From Candidatus Omnitrophota bacterium (GTDB taxonomy: Bacteria > Omnitrophota > Gorgyraeia > Zapsychrales > Fredricksoniimonadaceae), in assembly GCA_903860135.1 (NCBI GenBank), contig CAIOPG010000017.1, forward strand, positions 11,364-75,363: a stretch of DNA of 64,000 nucleotides. Reading direction: 5' to 3'. The notes under the pieces were generated by a model that searched no databases, was not told the DNA's origin, and saw nothing but the letters and a program-made list of their open reading frames with translations. Made by a program: the position numbers and the translations under genes. Shown piece by piece: positions 19,699-29,614 of the stretch (its first letter is position 1; each line of letters starts with the position of its first letter).

Positions 19699-21348
19699 TT
19701 ACTCCTTGCGGTTCCGGTATTTTTCGGTCACCTTAAACTCCATATATCTCCCGAGCATCAGCCGCGTCTGCGCGTCGATCGCCGGTATAGAGCTGAGGGC
19801 CAGGATAACCACCGGAATGGCCAGCCAGTCAAATAAATGCAACAGCTTCTGCCGGAACCGGAGGCGTATCGTACTTGTTGATAAGAGTTCAATGCTGATC
19901 ACCATGCACACAACCAGTCCTGCCAGCGAAAGGCTGAAAATGATGTCCTTGATCCTTGGCGCCATGTAGTACATGGTCGTTGTGCCGAATTCCCGTCCGG
20001 CGAAGAAAGCCGGGAACAAATTAATAATGACCAGCAGGAACGATAGTGTTGCCCAGGATATGAACATGTCAAACAAGCGGAAGCTGAACATGACCTTCTT
20101 GTACAGCGATATGCCCGGCGACTGAAGGAAAGCGCGCATGACAATGGGCAGATTCTCAACACCCCAGGCCCAGCGGCGTTTTTGTTTGTAAATATTGATG
20201 AAAGTACCCAGCGATGTCTGCCCGCCGGCGATATCCATGGAGACCGTGGTGTAGATCGGAACAACCTGATAATTCCCGTCGTAATGAATGAATGATTTCC
20301 AGAAAATAGCCGAATCATCGGAGATCATGTCCACGGGCCAGTACCCCACTTCAACGAGAGCCTTGAAACTCATGCTGTGGCTTGAAAATGTCACCAGCTT
20401 TTCAGGGTTGGTGCACTCGACCAGCTGAAAGAATGAAGCCCCGATATCAATGACACGGGCAAAGCCCGGCACATCCCACAGATTGTTGTAATAGACCGGA
20501 ATGGGTTGATAACTGGCACGGGTACGCGAAGGCGTGATCATAAAATAATACGTCAGGCAGGCCAAATAGTCCCGGTGCGCCACCGTGTCGGCATCAAAGC
20601 AAGACACGATCACGTGCTCGAACGGGATGCCCTTGTCTGTCAACCATTGCCCGGCATGCCTGGCCGCCCAGGTCGCATTAGCACCCTTGACCCGTGACTC
20701 ACCCTCGATATCGGCCGGGTGTTCGACAACAAGAAAAGCCATGAACCTGGCGGCATACAACGCCTTCAGCGCATACACATCACGTTTAACCTCTGCCGAG
20801 GCTCTGGCCTCGAGTGCCACAACAAAGACCACACGATCCGTCGGATAAACACCAGCCGCAAGCCCGCGGATGCCGGGTTCGATCACATGACGTGATTCGC
20901 GGGCGACCGGAAGGATGATCACATGATGAATACGCGCTACGTCGGGTGGACACGCACCGGTCTTTCTTAACGCAGCTATTTGATTGCGGCGGATCCGCCG
21001 GGCTATATGTTGGCGCGGCGTGAGCGGAACTTTAGAACGTACCGCCAGCGTCTGCAGCAGGCTGTCGAGATCATGCATGCCGTTGATCAAACGCATCCAT
21101 TCTGTTTCTTTCTCAATGGCCAGCCGGGAATACGACACCCCCAGGAAGAAATTCATGTAAATAAGGCGCAAGACCCAGTAAAGCACAAACGCCACCATGA
21201 CCGCAGCCGCCCAAAGTGGCTGCGCCACCGACACGATGGCCATGCCCAGAATGATGCCCCAAGATAAAGCACCTGGCGCGATCTCGAAAAACCGCTCGAT
21301 ACGTTTTTCCTGACTATTCAGGTTATGACGGGAATAATTAAAAAGCAT
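19699..21348 (-). CDS. membrane GT2 glycosyltransferase, processive type
   Basis: N- and C-terminal TM helices; KGAN, CFDAD (DxD), ISDD and QKRRW motifs. Confidence 0.88.
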   Translation of the reverse strand: MLFNYSRHNLNSQEKRIERFFEIAPGALSWGIILGMAIVSVAQPLWAAAVMVAFVLYWVLRLIYMNFFLGVSYSRLAIEKETEWMRLINGMHDLDSLLQTLAVRSKVPLTPRQHIARRIRRNQIAALRKTGACPPDVARIHHVIILPVARESRHVIEPGIRGLAAGVYPTDRVVFVVALEARASAEVKRDVYALKALYAARFMAFLVVEHPADIEGESRVKGANATWAARHAGQWLTDKGIPFEHVIVSCFDADTVAHRDYLACLTYYFMITPSRTRASYQPIPVYYNNLWDVPGFARVIDIGASFFQLVECTNPEKLVTFSSHSMSFKALVEVGYWPVDMISDDSAIFWKSFIHYDGNYQVVPIYTTVSMDIAGGQTSLGTFINIYKQKRRWAWGVENLPIVMRAFLQSPGISLYKKVMFSFRLFDMFISWATLSFLLVIINLFPAFFAGREFGTTTMYYMAPRIKDIIFSLSLAGLVVCMVISIELLSTSTIRLRFRQKLLHLFDWLAIPVVILALSSIPAIDAQTRLMLGRYMEFKVTEKYRNRKE

Positions 21349-21352
21349 ACGT

Positions 21353-22774
21353 TCATGTCCTCTTGTTCAGGAACTGATCAACAACGCTCTCGTCAGGGAC
21401 CAGCTGAACCTTCTCGAACAAACCCTGTTCGTTGATATAATACAGCCACCCTGTGTCAGGGTTGTACGCGATCGAAGAGCCTTTGCGAATAGCCGTAATA
21501 AATTCGTTGTGATCCCCGCCTTCGGGTTCAACCTCAATGAAATAAACCCTGTCATTATCGTTGCAAATGATGTGCGTTGCGGCATCGCCCCAGAAACACT
21601 GTTTAATGTCCTGGCCGCCGCTGAATACGACCTTCGTCGCCGGAGACTTGACAGCAGAAGCATCTGCAGGCCCGGGATCAACAAGCATAACGGCCGAAGA
21701 ATTCCAGTACATGAACATTTTGGCCCGCGCATGAAAAGCCATGCCCTTGACGCCTTTGTCAACGATCTGATAAGGAAAATCATTGAACAGGAGACTGCCG
21801 TCCTCACCGAGAAGGAAGATCAGCTTCTCTTCAGCGGGAGCCGATATATGATAAAAAGTATTCTTGTCCAGGAGAGCCTTGTCAAAATGATGCCCCTCCA
21901 GGAATGATTCTGTTTTGGTTTTATCACGCCCATATTTGATAAAACGGTTATCCGCCGTCATGAGATAAACCCGGTTATTATGAAACCCGACCCCCTTGAC
22001 CCCGTTGATATCACGCGGATAAATAACACCAGCCTCAATATCCACACGATCAATGTAATTGGTATACACCGCAAAGAGTTCATTGGTGTTCGACGGATCC
22101 CATTCGATCAGCAGGGGGTCTTTGAGGAAAAACCTGGTAATGTCGGCGAAGACCGGTCTTCCTCCCTTGAGCATCACCCACAAATATTTTCTCTCGAGCA
22201 AGCCACCGCCGTAAATGATGAATGAACGGCTGTTCTCTTGATGGGACAACGAGAGCACCGGAAAATCAAACCAAGGGGATCCCGGTTCAAGCAGTGGCAT
22301 TGATTTATCATTTTTTAAATTATACACCTCAATGCCGCCAAGATCATTGCCCCTGGACAATAAAAGAAAATCAGTGCCTGGCATCGGGAATAATTGACGG
22401 AACGCTCCCTTCAAGGGTGCTTGGGGCAAAAGATCATTGGGCAAAAGAAGGGCTTTTTCAAAGACCGAGGCCTTGCCTGCCCTGACAGCTACAGACTGCG
22501 TCCACGGCCGATGCCCGGGCATGGAAAGCGTCACACGGTAATCCCCAGGGCGCAGCTGGTCGATCGTCGCAGGTGTTTTACGGACAAACCGGCGATGCTC
22601 CAGATAAATAACCGCCCCCGGCGGTATCGAAGACAAATGGATAAGCCCTGTGCGCTCAACTTCGCGCGTGAAAGGGTCAAAGATATACCCCGAAGCATAC
22701 AGCAGAAGCCCCGGGCATAAGATCAGGTAGATCAAAAGAAAAAGATAGAATAGGATGCGGCGCACGATCAACAC
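21353..22774 (-). CDS. PEGA-domain membrane-anchored protein with probable beta-rich C-terminus
   Basis: N-terminal TM helix, then GLIHLSSIPPGAVIYL...TPATI..L.PGDY.V (PEGA pattern). Confidence 0.75.
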   Translation of the reverse strand: MLIVRRILFYLFLLIYLILCPGLLLYASGYIFDPFTREVERTGLIHLSSIPPGAVIYLEHRRFVRKTPATIDQLRPGDYRVTLSMPGHRPWTQSVAVRAGKASVFEKALLLPNDLLPQAPLKGAFRQLFPMPGTDFLLLSRGNDLGGIEVYNLKNDKSMPLLEPGSPWFDFPVLSLSHQENSRSFIIYGGGLLERKYLWVMLKGGRPVFADITRFFLKDPLLIEWDPSNTNELFAVYTNYIDRVDIEAGVIYPRDINGVKGVGFHNNRVYLMTADNRFIKYGRDKTKTESFLEGHHFDKALLDKNTFYHISAPAEEKLIFLLGEDGSLLFNDFPYQIVDKGVKGMAFHARAKMFMYWNSSAVMLVDPGPADASAVKSPATKVVFSGGQDIKQCFWGDAATHIICNDNDRVYFIEVEPEGGDHNEFITAIRKGSSIAYNPDTGWLYYINEQGLFEKVQLVPDESVVDQFLNKRT

Positions 22775-22777
22775 GTA

Positions 22778-24430
22778 TCAAGCACCCTTTCGTTGTACAA
22801 CCTGAGGCGGCACCGTGATCCTGACCACAAAAGCATCGCCCACCTTGGCCAGCAATTCCGCAGGGAATCCGTTCCGGCGGCAAGCTGCTTCAAGGCTCTC
22901 CCATGTATGATCATTGACGATCCCATAACTGACCGGCTGGCCCTGCAAGAAAGCAAACAGCTTCTCATCCGTATTCAGGTCAGGCACAGGGTGCGGGCTG
23001 AAGAAATTGGCATTACTGAAATTCAACAGGACCACATCCCTGCCGGAATAATACTTCACCGCCCGTATAAAGAACTTCGACGCCATGATCTTCCCGTCCA
23101 TCGCGGGCTGCTGCATCAAATAGGCCACGGCGGCCTGCGATGAAACATAAGGATCGATCTGCCGGCTTGCCGTTAATGCCAGGAACAGGAGCAAGGGCAC
23201 CTGCAACCCGAAAAGATAAACAGCGCGGCGGATATTATTTTGCAGAAACAGACTGCCGATGATCACAAGAAAAAGTATCTCAACCATCATGATAGCGCCA
23301 AGATGCAACGGTTCCGGAAGGTACGCAGGATATTTTTCACCCGCCACAAAGATCAATACCGGGACGAACAAAAAGAACACAAATGTCGTTACCTCCATCC
23401 AGCCAGGGCGCTTGAGTTGATCCAGCCGCTCCGTCAAATACGGACCGGCCAGCAATGCCAGCGCAGGGAACAAAGGAAAAATATAACTCACCAGCTTGGA
23501 ATGCGCCGGCTGAAAAACAACCAGCACCACGACGATCCATACCAAAAGGAACTGCTCGAATGGCTCTGCTTTTTTATCCAGTGAAGCTTTGATCGCCATC
23601 CATAGTGAAACGGCAACAGCGAGGATCCAGGGAAACATACAGCCGAGCATGGCTCCCGGATAAAAATACCAGCGGTCATTGGACCTGTGCTCCGCCGATA
23701 GCAAGCGCCGCCAGTGATCATTATAAAAAAATTCATGCGTGAACCCGTGGCCATAAAGTTTGCACATGAGCGCGTACCATGGCAAGGCGATCACAACCCC
23801 CATGAACAAGCCGATCCAGAAAGCTTTTGTTAACAGGAATTTCTGCTCCCCCCGCCATAAGAGGAAGATCAGGACCGTTATCAGCGGGATGGCAAAACCC
23901 AAAGGCCCTTTGGTCAGTACCGCCAGCGCCGCAAAAACATGGAACAAGATAAGCCCGATCGTCTTACGTCCCGGCGACCGATAAGCGGCATAGAACGCCG
24001 TGAGTGCCAGCAAAATAAAGACAGAAAAGATCATGTCGGTGAACACGGTCTTGGCCAGTCCGATATAAAGGGCCGAAGTCATGAGGATAAAAGCCCCCAT
24101 GAACGCTTTGCGCTGGTCGGCATGAAACAAGCGGCCCAGAAAATACACGGTCAACACGCCCAACAGCGCGAACAAGGCCGGAAAAAATCGGGCGGCAAAC
24201 GGCGTCTGCCCAAACATTAGAAAACCGGCACGGATCAGATCATACGTCAGGACAGGCTTTTCAAACTGCGGTTGACCAAATATATACGGCGTTACCCATG
24301 TCCCGGCTGTCGCCATTTCCTTGGCCGTTCCGGCATAGAAAACCTCGTCAGGATTTGTTAATGGAAGAACATTATTCCCACCGAAGAAAATAACAGCCGC
24401 CAATAAAGACAGGATGATGATATGCCGCAT
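22778..24430 (-). CDS. ArnT/PMT-like GT-C glycosyltransferase (GT83/GT39)
   Basis: PDEVFYA...EM, FEKP, ARF, TDM, LAVLTKGP, PWY, SKLVSYIFP; multiple TM helices. Confidence 0.9.
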   Translation of the reverse strand: MRHIIILSLLAAVIFFGGNNVLPLTNPDEVFYAGTAKEMATAGTWVTPYIFGQPQFEKPVLTYDLIRAGFLMFGQTPFAARFFPALFALLGVLTVYFLGRLFHADQRKAFMGAFILMTSALYIGLAKTVFTDMIFSVFILLALTAFYAAYRSPGRKTIGLILFHVFAALAVLTKGPLGFAIPLITVLIFLLWRGEQKFLLTKAFWIGLFMGVVIALPWYALMCKLYGHGFTHEFFYNDHWRRLLSAEHRSNDRWYFYPGAMLGCMFPWILAVAVSLWMAIKASLDKKAEPFEQFLLVWIVVVLVVFQPAHSKLVSYIFPLFPALALLAGPYLTERLDQLKRPGWMEVTTFVFFLFVPVLIFVAGEKYPAYLPEPLHLGAIMMVEILFLVIIGSLFLQNNIRRAVYLFGLQVPLLLFLALTASRQIDPYVSSQAAVAYLMQQPAMDGKIMASKFFIRAVKYYSGRDVVLLNFSNANFFSPHPVPDLNTDEKLFAFLQGQPVSYGIVNDHTWESLEAACRRNGFPAELLAKVGDAFVVRITVPPQVVQRKGA

Positions 24431-24453
24431 ATAACCCTTTCCATTTATTCCAG

Positions 24454-25098
24454 CTACCGTAGTTTTCGCCCAAGAAGATACAGCGGCACCGCCTTGCCCG
24501 CAAAATTTTCCATATAGCTTCTTTGCCCCTGAAACAAAAGCACGAAGCCGTTCTTTTGAAAAAAGTCAGCGCCAGCCGATGACATGGTGCCCAGATGAAC
24601 CCCCTTCACCCCTGCTTGCGTGAAAGCTTCCACCAGTGTCCGGATCAAAGCCCCTCCTGCCCCATGCCCCCGACGATCCGCCTTGAGGTTAATATGAAGG
24701 ACCGCCGGATAATCTTCGCTGAAAGACGGCATAAAAAACTCACCCTTTAGAAAACTGGCGGCAAGACCGCCGAGCAACTTCATATTTCTGGGACGCAACA
24801 GGAGCCCCTGGCCCAGGGCATCAACACAAAGGCCGGGAATGATCTTGGTCCAAACAACCCTGTCCATTTTCTTCTCGTCCCTGGCCCCCAGAATATATCC
24901 GGCAACAACCCCGTCCACTTCAAACACCCAGATGCTTTCGGGTTCATGATCCGTAAAATACAGTGTTAATGCATCTTTCAAGAATTCCTGGCCTTCAAAG
25001 AAAACAGCGGCACTGGCGCCCATAAACGCGGTTTCAAAGGCAATCTGCCGGACAGCACTGCGGTCAGTCAACCGGTAAGGACGGATCACCGGATTCAT
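24454..25098 (-). CDS. GNAT family N-acetyltransferase
   Basis: IRPY...DR, VAGYILG, YPAVLHINL...RGHGAG, GVHLGT, A..FFQKNGF. Confidence 0.88.
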   Translation of the reverse strand: MNPVIRPYRLTDRSAVRQIAFETAFMGASAAVFFEGQEFLKDALTLYFTDHEPESIWVFEVDGVVAGYILGARDEKKMDRVVWTKIIPGLCVDALGQGLLLRPRNMKLLGGLAASFLKGEFFMPSFSEDYPAVLHINLKADRRGHGAGGALIRTLVEAFTQAGVKGVHLGTMSSAGADFFQKNGFVLLFQGQRSYMENFAGKAVPLYLLGRKLR

Positions 25099-26483
25099 GG
25101 CAGTTCCAAGACGCGCCAGGCGGTTTCATCAAGGGTCAGATCATAAACAGCCGTCTTGGCACAACTGAACACGTATTGCGGATCACCGAGCAAAGATAAC
25201 GGCACCTTGAAGATCATTTCCTTGCCTTTATCCAGAAAAATAACTTCAGCTGAAGCAATCGTGCGTTTCTTATCTTTAACATGAAACCCGTTCAGGCCGA
25301 CAATGAGGCTGATCTTGGGCATTTGGCCGTAAGGCGTTTGACGGCTGTACCCCATCAGGGAAACCGACATCCCCAGGTCTTTATCCATCACCCGTTTGAG
25401 AACGACGCGGATGACCAGGTAATTTCCCTGCCGCGCATAAGCAAGCTGGGTAAAATGTTCGGTTTCAGCACTCTTGACACGATTTTTGACAGAGGCATGA
25501 ATAGCAAGATCCGTCCAGGACAACTCGGTATCTGACGCCAGCTGACGCGGCAGAACGATCGCAGGGAAATTACCAAAGATCTCGTTCCGTCGGGCAAAAG
25601 TGACCAGGTAACGCGGCGCATATTTGATCTGGGAAGGATACTCCAGTATGGCATCAAATTTCTTTCCGATCTCCGATGTGTCCAGCGGCTGCTCGATCCA
25701 CCTGATCCCTTTCTTGTCAAAGCCCGGAGGGATTGACAACTGAAGTTCAGGATGATACCCCCGCAGTAACGGCCACCCGGCCACATGAATGATATAGGGA
25801 AATACCTCGGGAGGCGCGATGCCCATCTGCGTGGCGAGGTCCCATAGTGCCACCTGCATAAAAAGATAAAGCGCGCGATGATCCCTGTTCACATCAGCCG
25901 GATGCGACACAAATATCTTGGTCGGCTTAAACGCGGCAATGACCTGTTCCAGATCTTTGAGGATATTTTCTCCAACATACGCCGCGCCCGGTGAAACCGC
26001 TTCCTGATACGGGACTTTATTGACCCTAGAAAGCATACTGCGAAAAGGCTTTGTTTCCCCCCAGTATTTCAGGAAGATCTCCATCGTGCCGTAATCTGGA
26101 TAGCCCAGAGAAATAATATCTTCAGGGCGTACACCCAGCACGCGCATGGCATCGACGCTTTCCTGACGGCGCACCTCGCCCAGGCGAAGAAATTCTTTGG
26201 GTTTAAGCACAAGCCGCCGCTCGTACACAATAAAAGCGAACTCATTATTCTCGCCATTGGTGAAAAGGCATACCCGCGTAGCGGCACCGGCTTTCAGGGC
26301 CTGTTGCAATACCCCACCGGTAGCGATGGTCTCATCATCCGGGTGCGGCGCAAGGACAAGCACCCGGTCGGCCGCAGAAAAGCTGATAGCCGACGGCAAT
26401 GCCTCGGCATCCTGGGCATAGCCCGGGACACCCATGAAATAGACCGAACATAAAATAAATAAAGCAATTTTGCAAAAGGACAT
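25095..26483 (-). CDS. exported PIG-L/LmbE family N-deacetylase with C-terminal extension
   Basis: Signal peptide (GYA/QD); VLAPHPDDE, RRQES, LGYPD, HPADVNRDH. Confidence 0.88.
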   Translation of the reverse strand: MSFCKIALFILCSVYFMGVPGYAQDAEALPSAISFSAADRVLVLAPHPDDETIATGGVLQQALKAGAATRVCLFTNGENNEFAFIVYERRLVLKPKEFLRLGEVRRQESVDAMRVLGVRPEDIISLGYPDYGTMEIFLKYWGETKPFRSMLSRVNKVPYQEAVSPGAAYVGENILKDLEQVIAAFKPTKIFVSHPADVNRDHRALYLFMQVALWDLATQMGIAPPEVFPYIIHVAGWPLLRGYHPELQLSIPPGFDKKGIRWIEQPLDTSEIGKKFDAILEYPSQIKYAPRYLVTFARRNEIFGNFPAIVLPRQLASDTELSWTDLAIHASVKNRVKSAETEHFTQLAYARQGNYLVIRVVLKRVMDKDLGMSVSLMGYSRQTPYGQMPKISLIVGLNGFHVKDKKRTIASAEVIFLDKGKEMIFKVPLSLLGDPQYVFSCAKTAVYDLTLDETAWRVLELP

Positions 26484-26552
26484 AGTAATATCGAATATTG
26501 TTTTTTGAATCCGTTATTTTAACGATTCCCCCTCATTTTTACCACTACTATC

Positions 26553-27743
26553 TCAATCTCTGCTCCGGGGACGTTCTGCTGACTGGTGCGGAAGTGTCAG
26601 GCTTTCTGCCAGGGCTGGATTATCTTTCAAATTACCATAATAAAAAACAAGGCAGGCCCGGGCGCCTGATTGCTCACAAACGCTGAACTGCTCGCCAAAA
26701 ATAGCCGGTGTTTTAATGAATTTATAAGCCCCGACACACATATTAACCTTCGTGAAATCAACCACATGCTCCCGCACCTCGGCCATTTGCTCGATAAAGT
26801 CCGGCACATTATCCGGATAACTCATCACCGAAACAAATTCGACAAGGCCATCATTGACCCAGGAAGGCCAGTCCTGAAAAGCCTCATGATACGCCCTGAA
26901 GTATGACATGCACCCCGTCGTGGAAATATGAATATCCGGATGAATGGCCCGGGCTCGGGCAACGAGCTGACGAAGAAGTCCCGTCACCTGGGCGCGTTTC
27001 CAGTTTTGCCACGCCGGGGTTGCCTCACGGAAAGACATGACCCGCACAACTTTCCTGAAACGTTCCAGATTGGCGCACGTATACCCGTAAGCCGGTTTTG
27101 CGTCTGGATAACGGATATAATCAAATTGGATACCATCGAGCTGAGGATACCGCAGCAACAATTCACCGGTCATCGCCTCCAGTTCCTTGCGCACACGCGG
27201 ATCCCCCGGTTCAAGGAAATATTGGCCGTCGATCTTGTAATCCTCCAGCTTTTTCTTGGCGACCACATTTCTGGTCAGGATCCGACAGCCATACTTCTTT
27301 AACAAAGGTGCCTGCGTATTGGTACTGAGGCTCAGCAAGTTGACCCACGCATGCACCTCGATGCCCGCCGCATGCGCTTTACGGATGAACAAGGCAACAG
27401 GATCTTCTCCCACAGCCTCTAAGGCACGCGCATAAGGTGCCGCATCGCCAACGCGCGAAGGAAACCATGCCTGATTTGCCCGGTAGACTTGCAGAAAAAC
27501 GACCGTTATCCGCGCTTGCCTGGCCAATGCCACCACATCGTCCATCGCCTGTCGACTTGAAAGTACGGGCTTCTTTTCAATAAGGCTGACAAAAATACCT
27601 CGCCCTGTGGCTGTACCCGCCTGCGCTGTCCCGGCGATAAGTATGAGGGTGCTCACCATGATGGCTCCCACCATGCCTTGGGCCCCGTAGCCGTTGGCGG
27701 GATACTTGGCATGAACAGGACGATTATTTAACAGGAACATCAC
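26553..27743 (-). CDS. GHL10/DUF187 glycoside hydrolase-like protein (true start probably downstream at MVGAIM; exported)
   Basis: AHAAGIEVHAW, FLEPGDP.VR, DGIQFDYIRYP, QDWPSW, VMSY; signal-like ILIAGTAQAG. Confidence 0.85.
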   Translation of the reverse strand: MMFLLNNRPVHAKYPANGYGAQGMVGAIMVSTLILIAGTAQAGTATGRGIFVSLIEKKPVLSSRQAMDDVVALARQARITVVFLQVYRANQAWFPSRVGDAAPYARALEAVGEDPVALFIRKAHAAGIEVHAWVNLLSLSTNTQAPLLKKYGCRILTRNVVAKKKLEDYKIDGQYFLEPGDPRVRKELEAMTGELLLRYPQLDGIQFDYIRYPDAKPAYGYTCANLERFRKVVRVMSFREATPAWQNWKRAQVTGLLRQLVARARAIHPDIHISTTGCMSYFRAYHEAFQDWPSWVNDGLVEFVSVMSYPDNVPDFIEQMAEVREHVVDFTKVNMCVGAYKFIKTPAIFGEQFSVCEQSGARACLVFYYGNLKDNPALAESLTLPHQSAERPRSRD

Positions 27744-29484
27744 GCCCCAGCTTACGCTGAATGTCCCGGATCATCCCACTAAAACGTGCGTCCGCAGGCG
27801 CCAGTGCCAGGCCCTTTTCAAGCCAGGCAAGGCTTTCGGCGTAACGCGCTTCATTGGCCAGCATAACGCCCAGCAGTAAATAGGGCTCAAGGTACTGCGG
27901 ATCCATCGCCTGACACCGTTCAAGCATGGTCCTGGTCTTTCCGGAAATTCCATTGTCAAAAAAGATATAACATAGTTGAAAAAGATCCTGCTGACTTGTT
28001 CCTTCGCGGACAAGCGTGCGCATGATCTCATCTGCCAGGGCAACATCCCCATTCTTTTCATACGCCACTGCCAGCTTGCAAAGAAGAATACGTTTTTCAG
28101 GCGCGCGTTTTTCAGAACGCACCAGCAGTTTGATCACACGGATAGCTCTGGCATTGGCATTGATCTTCAAATGCCAGTCCGCCAGGAATGACATTTGTGA
28201 AATAAGCGGTTCCTGGATCTCCATATCTTTTTCAAAAGAAAAAAGCCCCTCGAGGGTTTCCAGAGCGATCGTATTGTTCGGGGACTTATTCAACCAGTTA
28301 AGGCAATAACTGATATCATTGCGCCCGACGGGAATATGCCGGAATGTCATGGCAAGCAAAAAGATCGTAATAGCCGTAATAAAAGTAACAAAAAGATACT
28401 TGTTACAAAACCCCTGCATCCGCTGGATCGCTGACGCCACGATCAGGAAAAACCCGATAGACGAAAAGTAAAACCAGTAGGGTTCAACCACAAACCCCAT
28501 CTGCGGACGGCATATCGATCCGGGGATAACAAATAAAAGTCCACTCATAAAGACGGCCAGTCCTAGGCCTTCCGTATTCGGCTTGGGGTTACGCCATATC
28601 AGCCAGCAAAAACTAGCCGTAAAAGAAACGCATGCCATATTCCATAGCCAGATAAAGCTCTTGACCGGTAGCATATTGAACATAAAAACAATATCAGTCG
28701 GGAGGAAAAGATTGCTGATATACCACTTGATCAAAATAAAGAAATTCGCCACAAAAACCCAAAAGGTCAAATGAAAAGAATGCGCCCTTTCGAGCATGCT
28801 CGTCTTTGAACCAGCCAACCACAACCACGTAATGACACATACCCCTGTCAACAAGATGAACGGCAGGCAAAGGCGCAGGGTTTTCTTGACATCAGCAGTC
28901 CTGTAATAAAGAAAAGCAGCGGCATAAAAGATAAAAAACCACGAAACCTCCTGAAACAAAAGCGCGACAAAGAATGACGCAAGGCTCAGCCCATAAAAAA
29001 CATGGTTCTTGCTTTGTTCAATATGTTTGTACAGAGCGATGAGGCTTAATTCCATGAAAATGACACTGAACAGGATATTATTGAATGCAATATGCATCAT
29101 CACTTCAGCACTCATGGGATGCATACAAAAAAGCAGGCTTGTGCCCAGCGCGACAAAATATTGCCGGGTGAAAAGGAAGATAACAACGAACAATAAATAA
29201 CAATTAATGAAGAAAAGAAAGATATTGATACCATACAGCGGCCCCGCCTCTTTAAAAAGAGAAAAAAGAATGCCGTTGGTCAAATTATACAGGGGTTCGA
29301 AATGATGCGTGCGGGCAAAAATAAGCCCCGGCTCCCTGAATATCCGGGATACTTCATGAAAACGCAGAAAAAAGAAATCATCCCCCAGGAATTGATGCTG
29401 CAAGACCGGGGTGTACACTAAAAGGCACAGGACAAATAACAATGCCGCGGGCAAAAATATTTTTATTCTTTCACTAATAAACAT
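27724..29484 (-). CDS. TMTC-like polytopic membrane protein (GT-C fold) with C-terminal TPRs
   Basis: FLGDD, FEPL, LFCMHP..AE, ALLFQE, YWFYFSSIG; TPR-like C-terminus (PYLLLGVMLA...A...LEKGLALAP). Confidence 0.72.
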   Translation of the reverse strand: MFISERIKIFLPAALLFVLCLLVYTPVLQHQFLGDDFFFLRFHEVSRIFREPGLIFARTHHFEPLYNLTNGILFSLFKEAGPLYGINIFLFFINCYLLFVVIFLFTRQYFVALGTSLLFCMHPMSAEVMMHIAFNNILFSVIFMELSLIALYKHIEQSKNHVFYGLSLASFFVALLFQEVSWFFIFYAAAFLYYRTADVKKTLRLCLPFILLTGVCVITWLWLAGSKTSMLERAHSFHLTFWVFVANFFILIKWYISNLFLPTDIVFMFNMLPVKSFIWLWNMACVSFTASFCWLIWRNPKPNTEGLGLAVFMSGLLFVIPGSICRPQMGFVVEPYWFYFSSIGFFLIVASAIQRMQGFCNKYLFVTFITAITIFLLAMTFRHIPVGRNDISYCLNWLNKSPNNTIALETLEGLFSFEKDMEIQEPLISQMSFLADWHLKINANARAIRVIKLLVRSEKRAPEKRILLCKLAVAYEKNGDVALADEIMRTLVREGTSQQDLFQLCYIFFDNGISGKTRTMLERCQAMDPQYLEPYLLLGVMLANEARYAESLAWLEKGLALAPADARFSGMIRDIQRKLGRDVPVK

Positions 29485-29614
29485 GGGTGTCAGTATATTA
29501 CATTGCACCCGCTTGTCCAATAAAAAGGACGATCTTGTTCATCTGGTTAGCCGGCCTTAAGAAAACTCCCCTTATATCTTGCGAAGGATAACAAAAACCT
29601 ATAAAGTAAAGCCT

